Assembly (NCBI GenBank): GCA_964547855.1
Contig: CAZJPG010000002.1
Location: 41,797 to 105,796, forward strand
DNA from: an uncultured Gammaproteobacteria bacterium
GTDB lineage: Bacteria; Patescibacteriota; Patescibacteriia; Patescibacteriales; WJLG01
Length of the DNA stretch: 64,000 bases
Reading direction: 5' to 3'
Part shown: in pieces, positions 39,858 to 49,403 of the stretch
Numbering within the stretch: position 1 is the first letter of the stretch
Layout: each line of letters begins with the position of its first letter
Notes under the pieces: generated by a model
Told to the model about the DNA's origin: nothing
The model's database searches: none
The model's input: the letters and a program-made list of their open reading frames with translations, nothing else
Translations under genes and position numbers: made by a program

Positions 39858-41252
39858 TTAGAATTCAGGTGGAGCTTCGCCGTAATCATGGCGTGTCACG
39901 TTTTTAAAGCTTGTGGTCTCACCATCGAAGAACAGGTCGACTTTACCGGTAGGGCCGTTTCTGTGTTTGGCGATGAATACTTGTGCGCTATGTTTTTCTT
40001 CGTCGGTTAGGTCTTCGAAACGATAGTTACGATCGGCCGCTTTGCGATAGACGAACATGACGACGTCAGCATCCTGTTCGATAGATCCGGATTCGCGCAA
40101 GTGGGCTAATTTTGGAATGGCCGGTTTTTCCATTTCCACAGCACGAGAAAGCTGTGACAACGCAATGACCGGAACATTCAATTCGCGGGCGACTCCTTTA
40201 AGGCCTCTTGATATTTCAGCGACCTCTTGAACGCGGTTATCGCTGTATTTTCCGCGACCGTGCATTAGCTGCAAGTAGTCGATAATTATAAGTCCAAGAC
40301 CTTTGTCCATTTTTAGACGACGGCATTTGGCTCTGATATCCATGACCGTGCAGGCGGCGGAGTCGTCTATGAATATTGGGGCCTCCGATAACTGTCCCAT
40401 GGCTTCACCGATCTTGGCGAAGTCGTTGTCGTTGTCTCGATCGGAAAGATTGCCGGTGCGCATTTTCCAAAGCGAAACATTCGCTTGGGCGCAAAGCATT
40501 CTGTCGACCAACTGTTCTTTACTCATTTCTAAAGAGAATACTCCGACCGGTTCCTTGGAGTGTATGGCCCCCATACGGGCGATGTCCATGGCTAGAGTGG
40601 TCTTACCGACGGAAGGACGAGCGGCTAGAATTATGAGGTCTGATTTTTGTAGTCCGGCAAGTAAGTTGTCTAGGTCCTTAAAGCCTGTTGGCAGACCGCG
40701 CAATTTGCCTGATTGCTTGTGTAGCTCGTCTATTCTCTCAAAAGCTTCGGAGAGTAGATTGTCGATGCCGACAAAAGCTGTCTTAGTGTGATTTTGAGAA
40801 ATTTGAAATATTTTCTTTTCAACGTCGTCCAAAAGCAGTTCGACATCCTCATCTTCCTGAAAGCTTAGATCGGAGATCTCGGCCGCGGCCGATTGCAAGC
40901 GGCGAAGAGTGGCTTTATGTTGTATGATCTTGGCATAGTTCTCGACATTCGAAGCGGTGGTCACGAAATTGGAGAGTTGAGCCAAATACGTGCGACCACC
41001 TATCTTTGCCAATGATCCCTTAGCATCGAGTTTGTTGGCCAAAGTCAGAGAGTCGATCGGTTCTTGTTTGGAAAAGAGTTCCACCATGGCCTGATAGATG
41101 ATCTGGTGGGTGTTTTTATAGAAGTCGCTGTCCGAAAGTCCATCGATCACTTTGACGATGGCATTTTTGTCGATAAGAATGCAGGACAATAAAGATTGCT
41201 CGGCCTCTATATTTTGAGGTGGTATTTTGCCTAAATTTTCTTTTTCGGCCAT
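39858..41252 (-). CDS. dnaB: Replicative DNA helicase DnaB
   Basis: N-terminus PPQNIEAEQSLLSCILID. Walker A GARPSVGKTTLAMDIA. RecA-like C-terminal domain. Confidence 0.95.
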   Translation of the reverse strand: MAEKENLGKIPPQNIEAEQSLLSCILIDKNAIVKVIDGLSDSDFYKNTHQIIYQAMVELFSKQEPIDSLTLANKLDAKGSLAKIGGRTYLAQLSNFVTTASNVENYAKIIQHKATLRRLQSAAAEISDLSFQEDEDVELLLDDVEKKIFQISQNHTKTAFVGIDNLLSEAFERIDELHKQSGKLRGLPTGFKDLDNLLAGLQKSDLIILAARPSVGKTTLAMDIARMGAIHSKEPVGVFSLEMSKEQLVDRMLCAQANVSLWKMRTGNLSDRDNDNDFAKIGEAMGQLSEAPIFIDDSAACTVMDIRAKCRRLKMDKGLGLIIIDYLQLMHGRGKYSDNRVQEVAEISRGLKGVARELNVPVIALSQLSRAVEMEKPAIPKLAHLRESGSIEQDADVVMFVYRKAADRNYRFEDLTDEEKHSAQVFIAKHRNGPTGKVDLFFDGETTSFKNVTRHDYGEAPPEF

Positions 41253-41412
41253 ATTTTTTTCACTTTGGAGTATTGCTTAACAAGACAATTATAGGCTTTA
41301 GAGAGGAGTTTAGCAAGGGTGTTTTTGTGGCTTCTTTGTGGTTTGATTGTTGAAAACTATTTATTTTAACCTTTCCACCTGTATTGGTAAAAAACATATT
41401 TTTGTCGCTGTA

Positions 41413-41441
41413 TTGACAATTTTTTGATTTTATTATAATAT
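41413..41441 (+). promoter_or_regulatory. Sigma70-like promoter facing an ORF-poor region
   Basis: TTGACA, 17 nt, then TAATAT. An alternative reading is TATAAT with a 15-nt spacer. Confidence 0.4.
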
Positions 41442-41447
41442 GACAAT

Positions 41448-41897
41448 TTGCGAGTTACATTCGCTAAGCTCTTTGCAAAAACCACACCTTTCGGAAACGA
41501 GAGATTCGATTTTTTTGCCAGAATTCAAGGGGTTTATTATGCCGGCTTGAATTTCCGTCTAGCGCGCAAAATTGACGGAGTCTCTATAACCGTGCCCCTT
41601 TCTTCATTCGATGCATTTTATGTCGTTTGTCGAAAATTAGTCGCGGCGGGTCGTTTTTCTCTTTTCGAAAGGTGTTATATTTATCCGGGGTGGGAGATGA
41701 GTAGGCACGTGTGCCGCACGTTCCGTGTTGTCTGCATCTGTTGACGATTTTCACCTTCTTGGGGTTGGTGGTGATTGTTTGCACGAGCCGCTTGCTCCCA
41801 TTTCCGGCATTTTGTTCCTTTGATCCTTAAATTTTTCTTACGAATTTTCTTTCTTAAAAGAAAATTCAGCCTTGTTCCCATGGGACAAGGTTTTTTA
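41448..41897 (+). other. Candidate non-coding transcription unit or decayed gene remnant (about 450 nt) bounded by a promoter and a terminator
   Basis: Its only ORF is 98 aa, rich in Cys, Arg and Phe, with no RBS. The unit ends in hairpin ccttgttccca and tgggacaagg followed by tttttt (41870..41897). It matches none of RNase P RNA, tmRNA or SRP RNA by eye. Confidence 0.3.
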
Positions 41898-42014
41898 TTT
41901 TGTGCCCTTGCCAAATTTCCTTTTATTTGTTATCCTATTCTTAGGATGCCTTAAGGCGAGGCGTCTTTATTTTAGCCAAGTTGTAGATTATAATATAGTA
42001 GAACAATAGATAAT

Positions 42015-42087
42015 GCGCCCATAGCTCAGCTGGTAGAGCAGCTCCCTTTTAAGGAGAAGGTCACAGGTTCGAATCCTGTTGGGCGCA
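42015..42087 (+). tRNA. tRNA-Lys (anticodon TTT)
   Basis: Cloverleaf: acceptor gcgccca pairs tgggcgc; D-arm gctc agctggta gagc; anticodon loop cTTTTaa; T-arm acagg ttcgaat cctgt. No encoded CCA. Confidence 0.85.
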
Positions 42088-42276
42088 CAAAAGCAATTTG
42101 TAAAAGCAAGAGGGGTTAGTGATATTGCTTTTTTTATTTTGAGATTTTTGCCCCAACAGGATTCGAACGAAGGGGGTTGAAGGGGGAAGTATTCCCCCTT
42201 ACTCCGGGGAGGTGTTGGAGGGCGGAAGCCCTCCAAAGTGGGACACTTCGAATTCCTTTGGGCGCACAAAAGCAAT
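42078..42276. repeat. 28-bp direct repeat of the tRNA-Lys 3' end plus downstream sequence, flanking a hairpin-rich tRNA-derived insert of about 140 bp
   Basis: gttgggcgcacaaaagcaatttgtaaaag at 42078..42106 versus tttgggcgcacaaaagcaatttgtaaaag at 42248..42276. The insert carries an inverted T-arm-like gccccaacaggattcgaac and a degenerate cttcgaattccttt, but no foldable cloverleaf. Confidence 0.5.
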
Positions 42277-42327
42277 TTGTAAAAGAAAAAACCGGCCAGT
42301 GAGGCCGCTTTTGGTTTTACACGCTTC

Positions 42328-42399
42328 GCCGGCGTAGCTCAGTGGTAGAGCGGCTGTTTTGTAAACAGCGGGTCGGGGGTTCGAAACCCTTCGCCGGCT
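42328..42399 (+). tRNA. tRNA-Thr (anticodon TGT)
   Basis: Acceptor gccggcg pairs cgccggc; D-arm gctc agtggta gagc; anticodon stem gctgt and acagc with loop ttTGTaa; T-loop ttcgaaa. Confidence 0.8.
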
Positions 42400-42447
42400 C
42401 ATTTTTCACTCATCAGTTATTTTTCTTTTGGAGGGGGTATTTTCGAC

Positions 42448-43722
42448 ATGAAAAAAGCAAAATTCAAGGTATACGCCCTTGGTTGCAAAGTAAATCAATA
42501 TGACGCCGGAAAACTCTCTTCCGGGTTATCGTCGGCTGGTTTTCAATATGTCGAATCCGATGCCGACTTCGCCATCATCTATAGCTGTGCCGTTACTGGA
42601 TCGGCAATAACCAAAAGTCGACAGGCGGTTAGAAAGGCTCAAAAGGAAAATCCTAAGGCTAAAATAATTTTGTCTGGCTGCTGGCCAAGGACATACCGAG
42701 ATGAAGCAGAGTCCTTAGAGGGGGTGGATTTAGTTTTAGCTAAGGCTGGCCCAAAAGAGGTTTTAATGGCGGCACGCGAGCTTTATGGTTTTGATTTCAA
42801 AGATTCCCGCGAAAGCTGCATAAGCCAAAATTCCAACAGGGGAGGACGCTACTTTATTAAGGTTCAAGATGGATGTGAGCAGTTTTGCTCTTATTGTGTT
42901 ATTCCTTACGCCCGCGGTCCTTTAACGAGTCGTCGTTCAGATGAAATAATGGAGGAGGCTAAGACGGCCGTGGCGGTCGGTTTTCCAGAGCTCGTCTTAT
43001 CGGGGATCCATCTCGGTCTTTATGGCGTCGAGCATGTCAAAAAAGACGATGCGGAGAGCGGAATGGAGCTGTACAAATTAATTGAACAGCTTTCTTCGAT
43101 CGATGGATTGAAAAGAATAAGGTTAAGTTCTATAGAGATCACGGAAGTTTCTGATAAATTAATATCTCTTTTTAAGAAGAACGAGAAGCTTTGCCATCAT
43201 CTTCATATACCATTGCAATCAGGTTGCGATAAGGTGCTAAAGAACATGAAAAGACCATATAATACGTCTTTTTTTGAGAAGCGCCTCAAGAAAATATTCA
43301 AGGCCGTCCCGGATATCGCCATCACTACCGATGTTATCGTTGGTTTTCCTGGGGAGACAGATGTTGATTTTTCTGTGACTGAATCATTTTGTTCTCGAGT
43401 TGGTTTTTCTCGTCTGCATGTTTTTCCGTTCTCTGCCCATCCTTTAACGCCGGCATTCTCTATGTCAGGAGCCGTAAAGGAGGAGAAGAAAAAAGAACGA
43501 GCGTCTAAATTAAGGAAATTGAGTTCGAAGTTGGAAAATCAATATCGCAGGAAATTCGTTGGTCGTGAAATGGAGGTCTTGGTAGAATCGTTCTCCAATA
43601 AAGAATTTAAGGGCATTACCAGCAATTATCTAGAGGTCTCATTTCCGGCAAGTTCTATAATATCCGCCAACAAAAATAAAAAGAATTTGATCGGTCAAAT
43701 GGTCTCGATCGTGATAAAGTGA
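42448..43722 (+). CDS. Radical SAM methylthiotransferase (MiaB/MtaB/RimO family)
   Basis: N-terminal MTTase domain VYALGCKVNQYD. Radical SAM cluster CEQFCSYCVIPYARG. C-terminal TRAM-like region. The family member cannot be resolved by eye. Confidence 0.8.
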   Translation: MKKAKFKVYALGCKVNQYDAGKLSSGLSSAGFQYVESDADFAIIYSCAVTGSAITKSRQAVRKAQKENPKAKIILSGCWPRTYRDEAESLEGVDLVLAKAGPKEVLMAARELYGFDFKDSRESCISQNSNRGGRYFIKVQDGCEQFCSYCVIPYARGPLTSRRSDEIMEEAKTAVAVGFPELVLSGIHLGLYGVEHVKKDDAESGMELYKLIEQLSSIDGLKRIRLSSIEITEVSDKLISLFKKNEKLCHHLHIPLQSGCDKVLKNMKRPYNTSFFEKRLKKIFKAVPDIAITTDVIVGFPGETDVDFSVTESFCSRVGFSRLHVFPFSAHPLTPAFSMSGAVKEEKKKERASKLRKLSSKLENQYRRKFVGREMEVLVESFSNKEFKGITSNYLEVSFPASSIISANKNKKNLIGQMVSIVIK

Positions 43723-43766
43723 CTTGATAGTTTTCATGCTATAATAGAATAAGACATAACTTCTCT

Positions 43767-45191
43767 ATGAAAAAAATTGTCTTATTCTTTTTTATTTTAG
43801 CTTCTCTATTCCCGTCGGGGCAGATTTACGCTGCCTCGTCTTTATCTTCTCGTCTTTTGGGAAGGATATTGTTGCAAGTCGAATCGAAGGGCGAGGCTTG
43901 GTATGTTTCTCCTTCTGATTCGAAAAGGTATTTTTTGGGTCGCCCCAACGATGCCTTTAATCTAATGAGAAGCTTGGGTATTGGCATAACAAATTCCGAT
44001 CTATCAAAAATACCAGTGGGCATAGCGCCTTCTTCTGGCTCTCCTGATACGGACAAGGATGGTTTGCCCGATGATTTGGAAGTTTCTTTGGGAACTGATC
44101 CAACTAAGGCAGATACCGACGGTGATAGTTATAGCGACAAGGTCGAAGTTCTGGGTGGCTATAACCCCAAGGGAGTCGGTAAAATAAATATCGACAATTC
44201 TTTAGTGTCCAAAAACAAGGGCAAGATATTCCTTCAAGTTCAAGGCGCTGGTGAGGCTTGGTATGTCGATCCAGTTGGACTTAAGAGATATTTTCTTGGA
44301 CGACCAGCCGATGCTTTCGCAGTTATGCGTTCCCTTGGTCTTGGCATAACCGATCTTGATCTAGCTTCTATAGCTATAGGGTCTTTGTCTGGTGCTTCCC
44401 CTGAAAAAGATGTGCCATCTTCTGATAATGGGCTTCCCTTCGACACTTTAGTCATAGAGCAAAAGATACACGTTTTAGTGAATCAGCAAAGGACCTTGGC
44501 TGGCCTGCCGGCTTTAAAATGGAATGACGAGGTCGCTGCTGTGGCTAGGGAGCATAGCCAAGATCAAGCGAACGAGGATGAAAAATTAACCGACTTGAAT
44601 CGCATCTGTAATTATGCCGTCATACATCACGAGGGTTTAGTATTTGGTTTGATGCCGGCCGATCGTTTGAATAGTAGAGGAGTGAATTATTATTCTAAGG
44701 CTGGTGAGAACATTGCTTTAGTGGGGGCAGCGGAAGTCAATTATTTGGTCAATATGTCGACTTTCGATGAGAAGGTCTATGACACCTGTCAGGCTCAAGT
44801 GGAGGAGTGGAACGCAAGTCTTAAAGAGGATATGGAAAATATTACCTCGGAAAGCGAGAAGATCTCTCGCTTGAATCAGGATTTAGCGGCTCGCCGTACT
44901 GCCTTGCTCAATGCCGAGACTTTTCAAATATCCAGGATAGATTGGCAGACCGCCGATTCCATAGCACAGTCTTCGTTGACTGGCTGGATGAATAGTCCTG
45001 GTCATAGGGCTAATATTTTGGATCCTGACTATGACGAGGCTGGCATTGGTGTGGCCTATGTGAATGGTTATATTATCGCCACTCAGGTCTTTATTAAGCG
45101 AGCATCTTGCGGTTATGAAGGCGGTCCTTGTTGCGACAGGCACGCTTGTTATTTGCCGACTATTTGTCAGGCGGATGAAGTTTGTCGTTAA
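43767..45191 (+). CDS. Secreted multidomain protein: two GEAWYV...LGRP-DAF-MRSLG repeats, a TSP3-like Ca-binding Asp-rich segment, and a C-terminal CAP/SCP (YkwD-like) domain
   Basis: Signal peptide. Repeats GEAWYVSPSDSKRYFLGRPNDAFNLMRSLGIGIT and GEAWYVDPVGLKRYFLGRPADAFAVMRSLGLGIT. Asp-rich DTDKDGLPDD...DTDGDSYSDK. CAP signatures HHEG...GENIA...WMNSPGHRANILDPDYDEAGIGVAY. Confidence 0.65.
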   Translation: MKKIVLFFFILASLFPSGQIYAASSLSSRLLGRILLQVESKGEAWYVSPSDSKRYFLGRPNDAFNLMRSLGIGITNSDLSKIPVGIAPSSGSPDTDKDGLPDDLEVSLGTDPTKADTDGDSYSDKVEVLGGYNPKGVGKINIDNSLVSKNKGKIFLQVQGAGEAWYVDPVGLKRYFLGRPADAFAVMRSLGLGITDLDLASIAIGSLSGASPEKDVPSSDNGLPFDTLVIEQKIHVLVNQQRTLAGLPALKWNDEVAAVAREHSQDQANEDEKLTDLNRICNYAVIHHEGLVFGLMPADRLNSRGVNYYSKAGENIALVGAAEVNYLVNMSTFDEKVYDTCQAQVEEWNASLKEDMENITSESEKISRLNQDLAARRTALLNAETFQISRIDWQTADSIAQSSLTGWMNSPGHRANILDPDYDEAGIGVAYVNGYIIATQVFIKRASCGYEGGPCCDRHACYLPTICQADEVCR

Positions 45192-45244
45192 ATTGTTTTA
45201 ATATAAGCTAAAATAAGTAAAAACTAGAGAAAAGGGTTGTAATC

Positions 45245-45273
45245 TTGACAAAATATAAAAAAAATTATATAAT
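45245..45273 (+). promoter_or_regulatory. Consensus sigma70 promoter
   Basis: TTGACA, 17 nt, then TATAAT (perfect consensus hexamers). Confidence 0.55.
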
Positions 45274-45276
45274 AAG

Positions 45277-47427
45277 GTGATAGAAAAAGATAAAGTTTTG
45301 TCTAAAATGAAGTCAAATATAGCAAAATTTATCACCCTTCTCTGCTTGGCGTTTTTCTTTTTTCCATCACACTCAGCAAAGGCTGTGATCGGAAAGGCCA
45401 AGTCAGATTATCCCAGATTGGCCAATTATTATTTAAGTTGGGAAATTCCCAATACTGATATTAATGATTTGGCTCGCTGGGATCTTTTAGTCTTGGACAT
45501 GGAAGTCCAACACAATAGCTCTGGTAATTTCAATAAATTAAGAACTCTTAATCCGAACATTCTCCTCTTGGCTTATGTGTACTCTGAGGAAGTCACCTTA
45601 AGCCCAGATTCGCGTTATGGCGAACTACGCTATGATGTCTCGTCTGGTTTCGGAGATTCTTGGTGGCTGCGCGATCCTTCCGGTAATCGCTTGTCTTTTT
45701 GGTACTCGACCAACATGGTCAATATCACCGATGACGCCGGCACTTACAATGGCCAGCGCTGGAATGAGTATTTGCCGAAATTCGTCGGTGACAAAGTTTT
45801 TTCCAATGGCCGTTGGGATGGAGTTTTCTATGATAATATCTGGCCCAGCATATCCTGGTTCAATTCCGCCAATATCGATCTGAACTGTGATGGCAAAAAA
45901 GACTCCGCATCTTATTTGGATAGTAAATGGGTGGAAGGTAATAAAAAATTGTTGACCAACACTTTGAACGCTATCGGCTCCAATAATATTTTGATGGGTA
46001 ATAGTCATGGCTTCGAACCATACCAACCATATCTTAATGGTATTATGTTGGAGAGTTTTCCGGCCCCTTGGGAGAATGGCGGAACTTGGGCTGGCTCAAT
46101 GAAGTCATACACCAATACCAAGAATTTCCGTGAACCTAAGATCATGATCGTCAATGCCAATACTGACAATAAATGGGACATGGAAAATTATCGCAAGATG
46201 CGTTTTTCTTTGGGCTCGACTCTTTTGGGAGATGGCTATTTTTCTTTTGATTATGGCGTCAACGATCATTCCCAGACTTGGTGGTATGACGAATACGACA
46301 CCGAGTTAGGCAAGGCCATTGGTTCGCCGATAAATATTTTGGATAAGAATAATAAGACTTGGAAGAATGGCGTTTGGCGCCGCGACTTCGAGAATGGCAT
46401 AGTGGTGGTCAATTCGACTTCAGAGACGAAGAATTACGTCTTTACCGACGAAGCCTTCTCTAAGATCGACGGTCGTCAGGATCGTTTGACCAATAATGGT
46501 TCTAAGGTAAATATGATCTCCTTGCAACCTAACGACGCGGTCGTGTTGCTTGGGCATCCTAAGAGCGGTGGCGAGTCCGTATCCGACTCTCCGTCAGTTC
46601 CAGCGGCCGTAATGAAGATACAGGGCGAGACTTCTGTCGATCTAATAAAGAACAGTGCCTTCCAGAATGGTGCCTTTGTTCGTGTTTTTGGTGATTCAGG
46701 CAATCAAGTGAGGGATGGTTTCTTCTCTTATGGAGATAAATATCCGGCCGGAGCCCAGATCATCAATGCCGATATAGATGCTGATGGTAAAAATGAGACA
46801 TTGGTAAATAAAAGCGGCGTCATAACTATATACAAAGACGGAAGGACCATTAGAAGTTTTAAACCTTACGAAGGAAATTTTAAGGGAGATATATCAATAG
46901 CCGTCGCTGACCTTAATGGTGACGCCACGCAAGAGATAATCACTGGCGCCGGACAAGGCGGCGGACCTCATGTTCGCGTTTTCGATCAATACGGAAGTCC
47001 TCTTATCGGTGGATTCTTCGCTTATGACCGTAATTTCCGTGGTGGCGTCAATGTGGCGGTCATTGACCTTAATGGCGATGGCACCAAGGAAATAGTCACA
47101 GCCCCAGGAAAGGGCGGCGGACCACAGATCAGAGTCTTTACTAAGGATGGTCGTCCGTTGACCGGTGGATTCTTCGCTTATGACAAAAATTTCCGCGGCG
47201 GAGTTTCTTTGTCGGTTGGGAATGTCGATGGGCAGGGTGAAATGGAAATAATAACATCACCAGGAAGCGGTATGAGCCCGCAGGTTAAAATATTCACTAA
47301 GGACGGTCGCGAACTTAAAAGCTTTTATGCTTATGATCGCGATATGACTAATGGAGTCAAAGTTTCTGTGTCCGACGTAAATGGCGACGGCAAGGCTGAA
47401 ATAATGGCCGGTAGCGCCCAGTATTAA
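45277..47427 (+). CDS. Secreted protein with an N-terminal putative glycoside-hydrolase-like domain and C-terminal FG-GAP/VCBS-type repeats
   Basis: Signal peptide. Five D-x-N-G-D-G-x-x-E repeats (DIDADGKNE, DLNGDATQE, DLNGDGTKE, NVDGQGEME, DVNGDGKAE), each followed by a GGGPxxRVF block. The N-domain assignment is weak. Confidence 0.6.
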   Translation: MIEKDKVLSKMKSNIAKFITLLCLAFFFFPSHSAKAVIGKAKSDYPRLANYYLSWEIPNTDINDLARWDLLVLDMEVQHNSSGNFNKLRTLNPNILLLAYVYSEEVTLSPDSRYGELRYDVSSGFGDSWWLRDPSGNRLSFWYSTNMVNITDDAGTYNGQRWNEYLPKFVGDKVFSNGRWDGVFYDNIWPSISWFNSANIDLNCDGKKDSASYLDSKWVEGNKKLLTNTLNAIGSNNILMGNSHGFEPYQPYLNGIMLESFPAPWENGGTWAGSMKSYTNTKNFREPKIMIVNANTDNKWDMENYRKMRFSLGSTLLGDGYFSFDYGVNDHSQTWWYDEYDTELGKAIGSPINILDKNNKTWKNGVWRRDFENGIVVVNSTSETKNYVFTDEAFSKIDGRQDRLTNNGSKVNMISLQPNDAVVLLGHPKSGGESVSDSPSVPAAVMKIQGETSVDLIKNSAFQNGAFVRVFGDSGNQVRDGFFSYGDKYPAGAQIINADIDADGKNETLVNKSGVITIYKDGRTIRSFKPYEGNFKGDISIAVADLNGDATQEIITGAGQGGGPHVRVFDQYGSPLIGGFFAYDRNFRGGVNVAVIDLNGDGTKEIVTAPGKGGGPQIRVFTKDGRPLTGGFFAYDKNFRGGVSLSVGNVDGQGEMEIITSPGSGMSPQVKIFTKDGRELKSFYAYDRDMTNGVKVSVSDVNGDGKAEIMAGSAQY

Positions 47428-47477
47428 TGAGGTTGGCCATTTAAGCCTTAAATTGTATAATATAATCAGACAAATAT

Positions 47478-49370
47478 ATGGAGAATGAAAAGAACCAACA
47501 AGGATCGAGCGAGCTTCGGCCAAATGATGTTCGCGAGCCAGAATCTGTGCTCGTGGAAAGAGAGAAGGATGAGGCCGTAGAGATCGGTAATGGCAAGCTA
47601 GACCTTCGCAAAGGAGGTAATATTGTCATTGGTACTATCAATGTCGTGGCCGATCCGGTCAAGAAACACCTCAAGGGTCGTCACGAGAGATTCTATAAAG
47701 AGAGACCGTTTCATCTTTGGGTCGACATTTTTTTCGTATTGGCCATTCTTGGGCTCTTTTCCTCTTTTTTGATAATTAGAAATTTACAGCCTAAGCCAGA
47801 AATAGCCATTGAGGCTACATTGCAAGGTGATTCGGCTATTTCCGGTGGTCTATCTACTTTTGAGATAAGCTATCGCAATAATGGTAAGACCGATGTTGAC
47901 AATGCTTCTTTGTCATTGACTTTCCCTAAGAATTTTCAGCTCGTTTCGGTGCAACCGGAAAGCGCATTCTCCGATCAGACCAATACTTTTTCCATTGGCG
48001 ATTTGCCGCGCGGAGCTAATGGCAAGGTTAAGATATCCGGGTCCATCATCGGATATTTGGGTGAGAATCAGTCTTTGACCTATTCTTTGAATTATTTGCT
48101 TAAGGGGAAGAAATATAACACTCTTGGGTCTTTGATGTATCCGATCGACTCTTCCGCTTTTTCAGTGGTATTGGATATGCCTGACAAGATATATAAGGGT
48201 ATAGATTTTGGTGGAAAGATCCAGCTTAAAAATAATGACAAGATCGATTTCAATGGTAATTTAGAGATATCTTTTAGCGACTCTTCAGCTAAATTCATTA
48301 GCGTGTCTGGACAAAGAGCTAATCTGATAAACGGAGTGGTCGTTTTGGATTCTTTGCGAGCTGGAGAAATAGCCGAGATCGAATTTCAAGCCTCGTCCGA
48401 TCTTTCGGAGAATGGAGATATCTCGATCGCGGCTTATGCCGATTTAGATGGAGTTAAAGCCAAGCAGACCTCTACCAGTAAAAAAGTTTCGGTGTTGGCA
48501 CCTAAATTCAAGACTGTGATCGAGACCGATAATAAATGGATGCGCGTTGGCGAGCCGGTCGTTTTTAAAGTGTCTTTGGAAAACGGTGAAAATATAACAG
48601 TCGATAATATAAGATTGGACTTTTCCGCCGCTGATAGCGCCTTCGTCTTGAAACAATTGGATTTACCGGAGGGCGATGGTTACACTGTGAAAGGTACGAC
48701 AGTCAATGTGTCTCCGCTTGAACCAGGTAAGAAGTTAGATATTGATTTAACCGCTGTCATGGAACGCAAGCGCATAGATTCGGAGCAAGACACCGGTCTA
48801 GTGGCCAACATTTCTTATCATGTCGGCGATGAGTCTCGTGATTATCGTATATATAGTCAGAAGATGAAGGTCCTGTCCGATTTGCAGGTGTCTTCTAGGG
48901 CCGTCTATTACAGCACTCAAGGCGATCAATTGGGCATCGGGCCATTACCTCCGGCCGTCGATATCCCGACTAGATATTGGGTATTCTGGGAGGCTGATAA
49001 TCTTGGCAATGACTTGAAGGACTTTATGATCTCGGCCGAGTTGCCAGCTAATGTTGGCTGGACCGAACAGAAGAGCTTGCTTTCTGGCAAGATACGCTAT
49101 GCTCCTATCGGGCATAAGGTCGTTTGGACCGTCGATGATATGAGTAAAGATGGAGGACAGTATCGTGCTGGCTTCGAGATCGAACTTATACCTAATAGCA
49201 ATGATTTAGGGACTGTTCCGGTAATATTAACAAATACCGAATATAGCGCTACTGATACCTACGCTGGTGCGGAGATATCAGGCAAACTCGACGACCTAAC
49301 CGCCGATCTTAAAGGCGATGACTTGGCTTCTGGTAAGGGTAAAGTCGTAAAGATAAACATAGTGAAATAG
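47478..49370 (+). CDS. Type II membrane protein with a large extracellular repeat-rich (DUF11/CARDB-like Ig) region
   Basis: Cytoplasmic N-terminus, one TM helix (PFHLWVDIFFVLAILGLFSSFLII), then about 530 aa of beta-rich repeats. Confidence 0.5.
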   Translation: MENEKNQQGSSELRPNDVREPESVLVEREKDEAVEIGNGKLDLRKGGNIVIGTINVVADPVKKHLKGRHERFYKERPFHLWVDIFFVLAILGLFSSFLIIRNLQPKPEIAIEATLQGDSAISGGLSTFEISYRNNGKTDVDNASLSLTFPKNFQLVSVQPESAFSDQTNTFSIGDLPRGANGKVKISGSIIGYLGENQSLTYSLNYLLKGKKYNTLGSLMYPIDSSAFSVVLDMPDKIYKGIDFGGKIQLKNNDKIDFNGNLEISFSDSSAKFISVSGQRANLINGVVVLDSLRAGEIAEIEFQASSDLSENGDISIAAYADLDGVKAKQTSTSKKVSVLAPKFKTVIETDNKWMRVGEPVVFKVSLENGENITVDNIRLDFSAADSAFVLKQLDLPEGDGYTVKGTTVNVSPLEPGKKLDIDLTAVMERKRIDSEQDTGLVANISYHVGDESRDYRIYSQKMKVLSDLQVSSRAVYYSTQGDQLGIGPLPPAVDIPTRYWVFWEADNLGNDLKDFMISAELPANVGWTEQKSLLSGKIRYAPIGHKVVWTVDDMSKDGGQYRAGFEIELIPNSNDLGTVPVILTNTEYSATDTYAGAEISGKLDDLTADLKGDDLASGKGKVVKINIVK

Positions 49371-49403
49371 GTTTTCGCCATTGAAGTATACTGTGCAAAA
49401 AAT

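Noticed and set aside
40303-40791. 162-aa and 86-aa plus-strand ORFs inside dnaB
   Set aside because: They are antisense to a highly conserved DnaB coding sequence. The Ser/Arg-rich composition is typical of shadow frames.
41448-41744. 98-aa ORF as a protein-coding gene
   Set aside because: It is rich in Cys, Arg and Phe with no SD. Given the promoter and terminator bounding the region, I list it as a candidate ncRNA or pseudogene region instead.
42108-42260. A possible third tRNA between tRNA-Lys and tRNA-Thr
   Set aside because: T-arm-like strings are present in both orientations, but no acceptor/D/anticodon cloverleaf of 70 to 90 nt can be folded. The acceptor halves are about 125 nt apart. 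I treat it as a tRNA-derived insert or scar instead.
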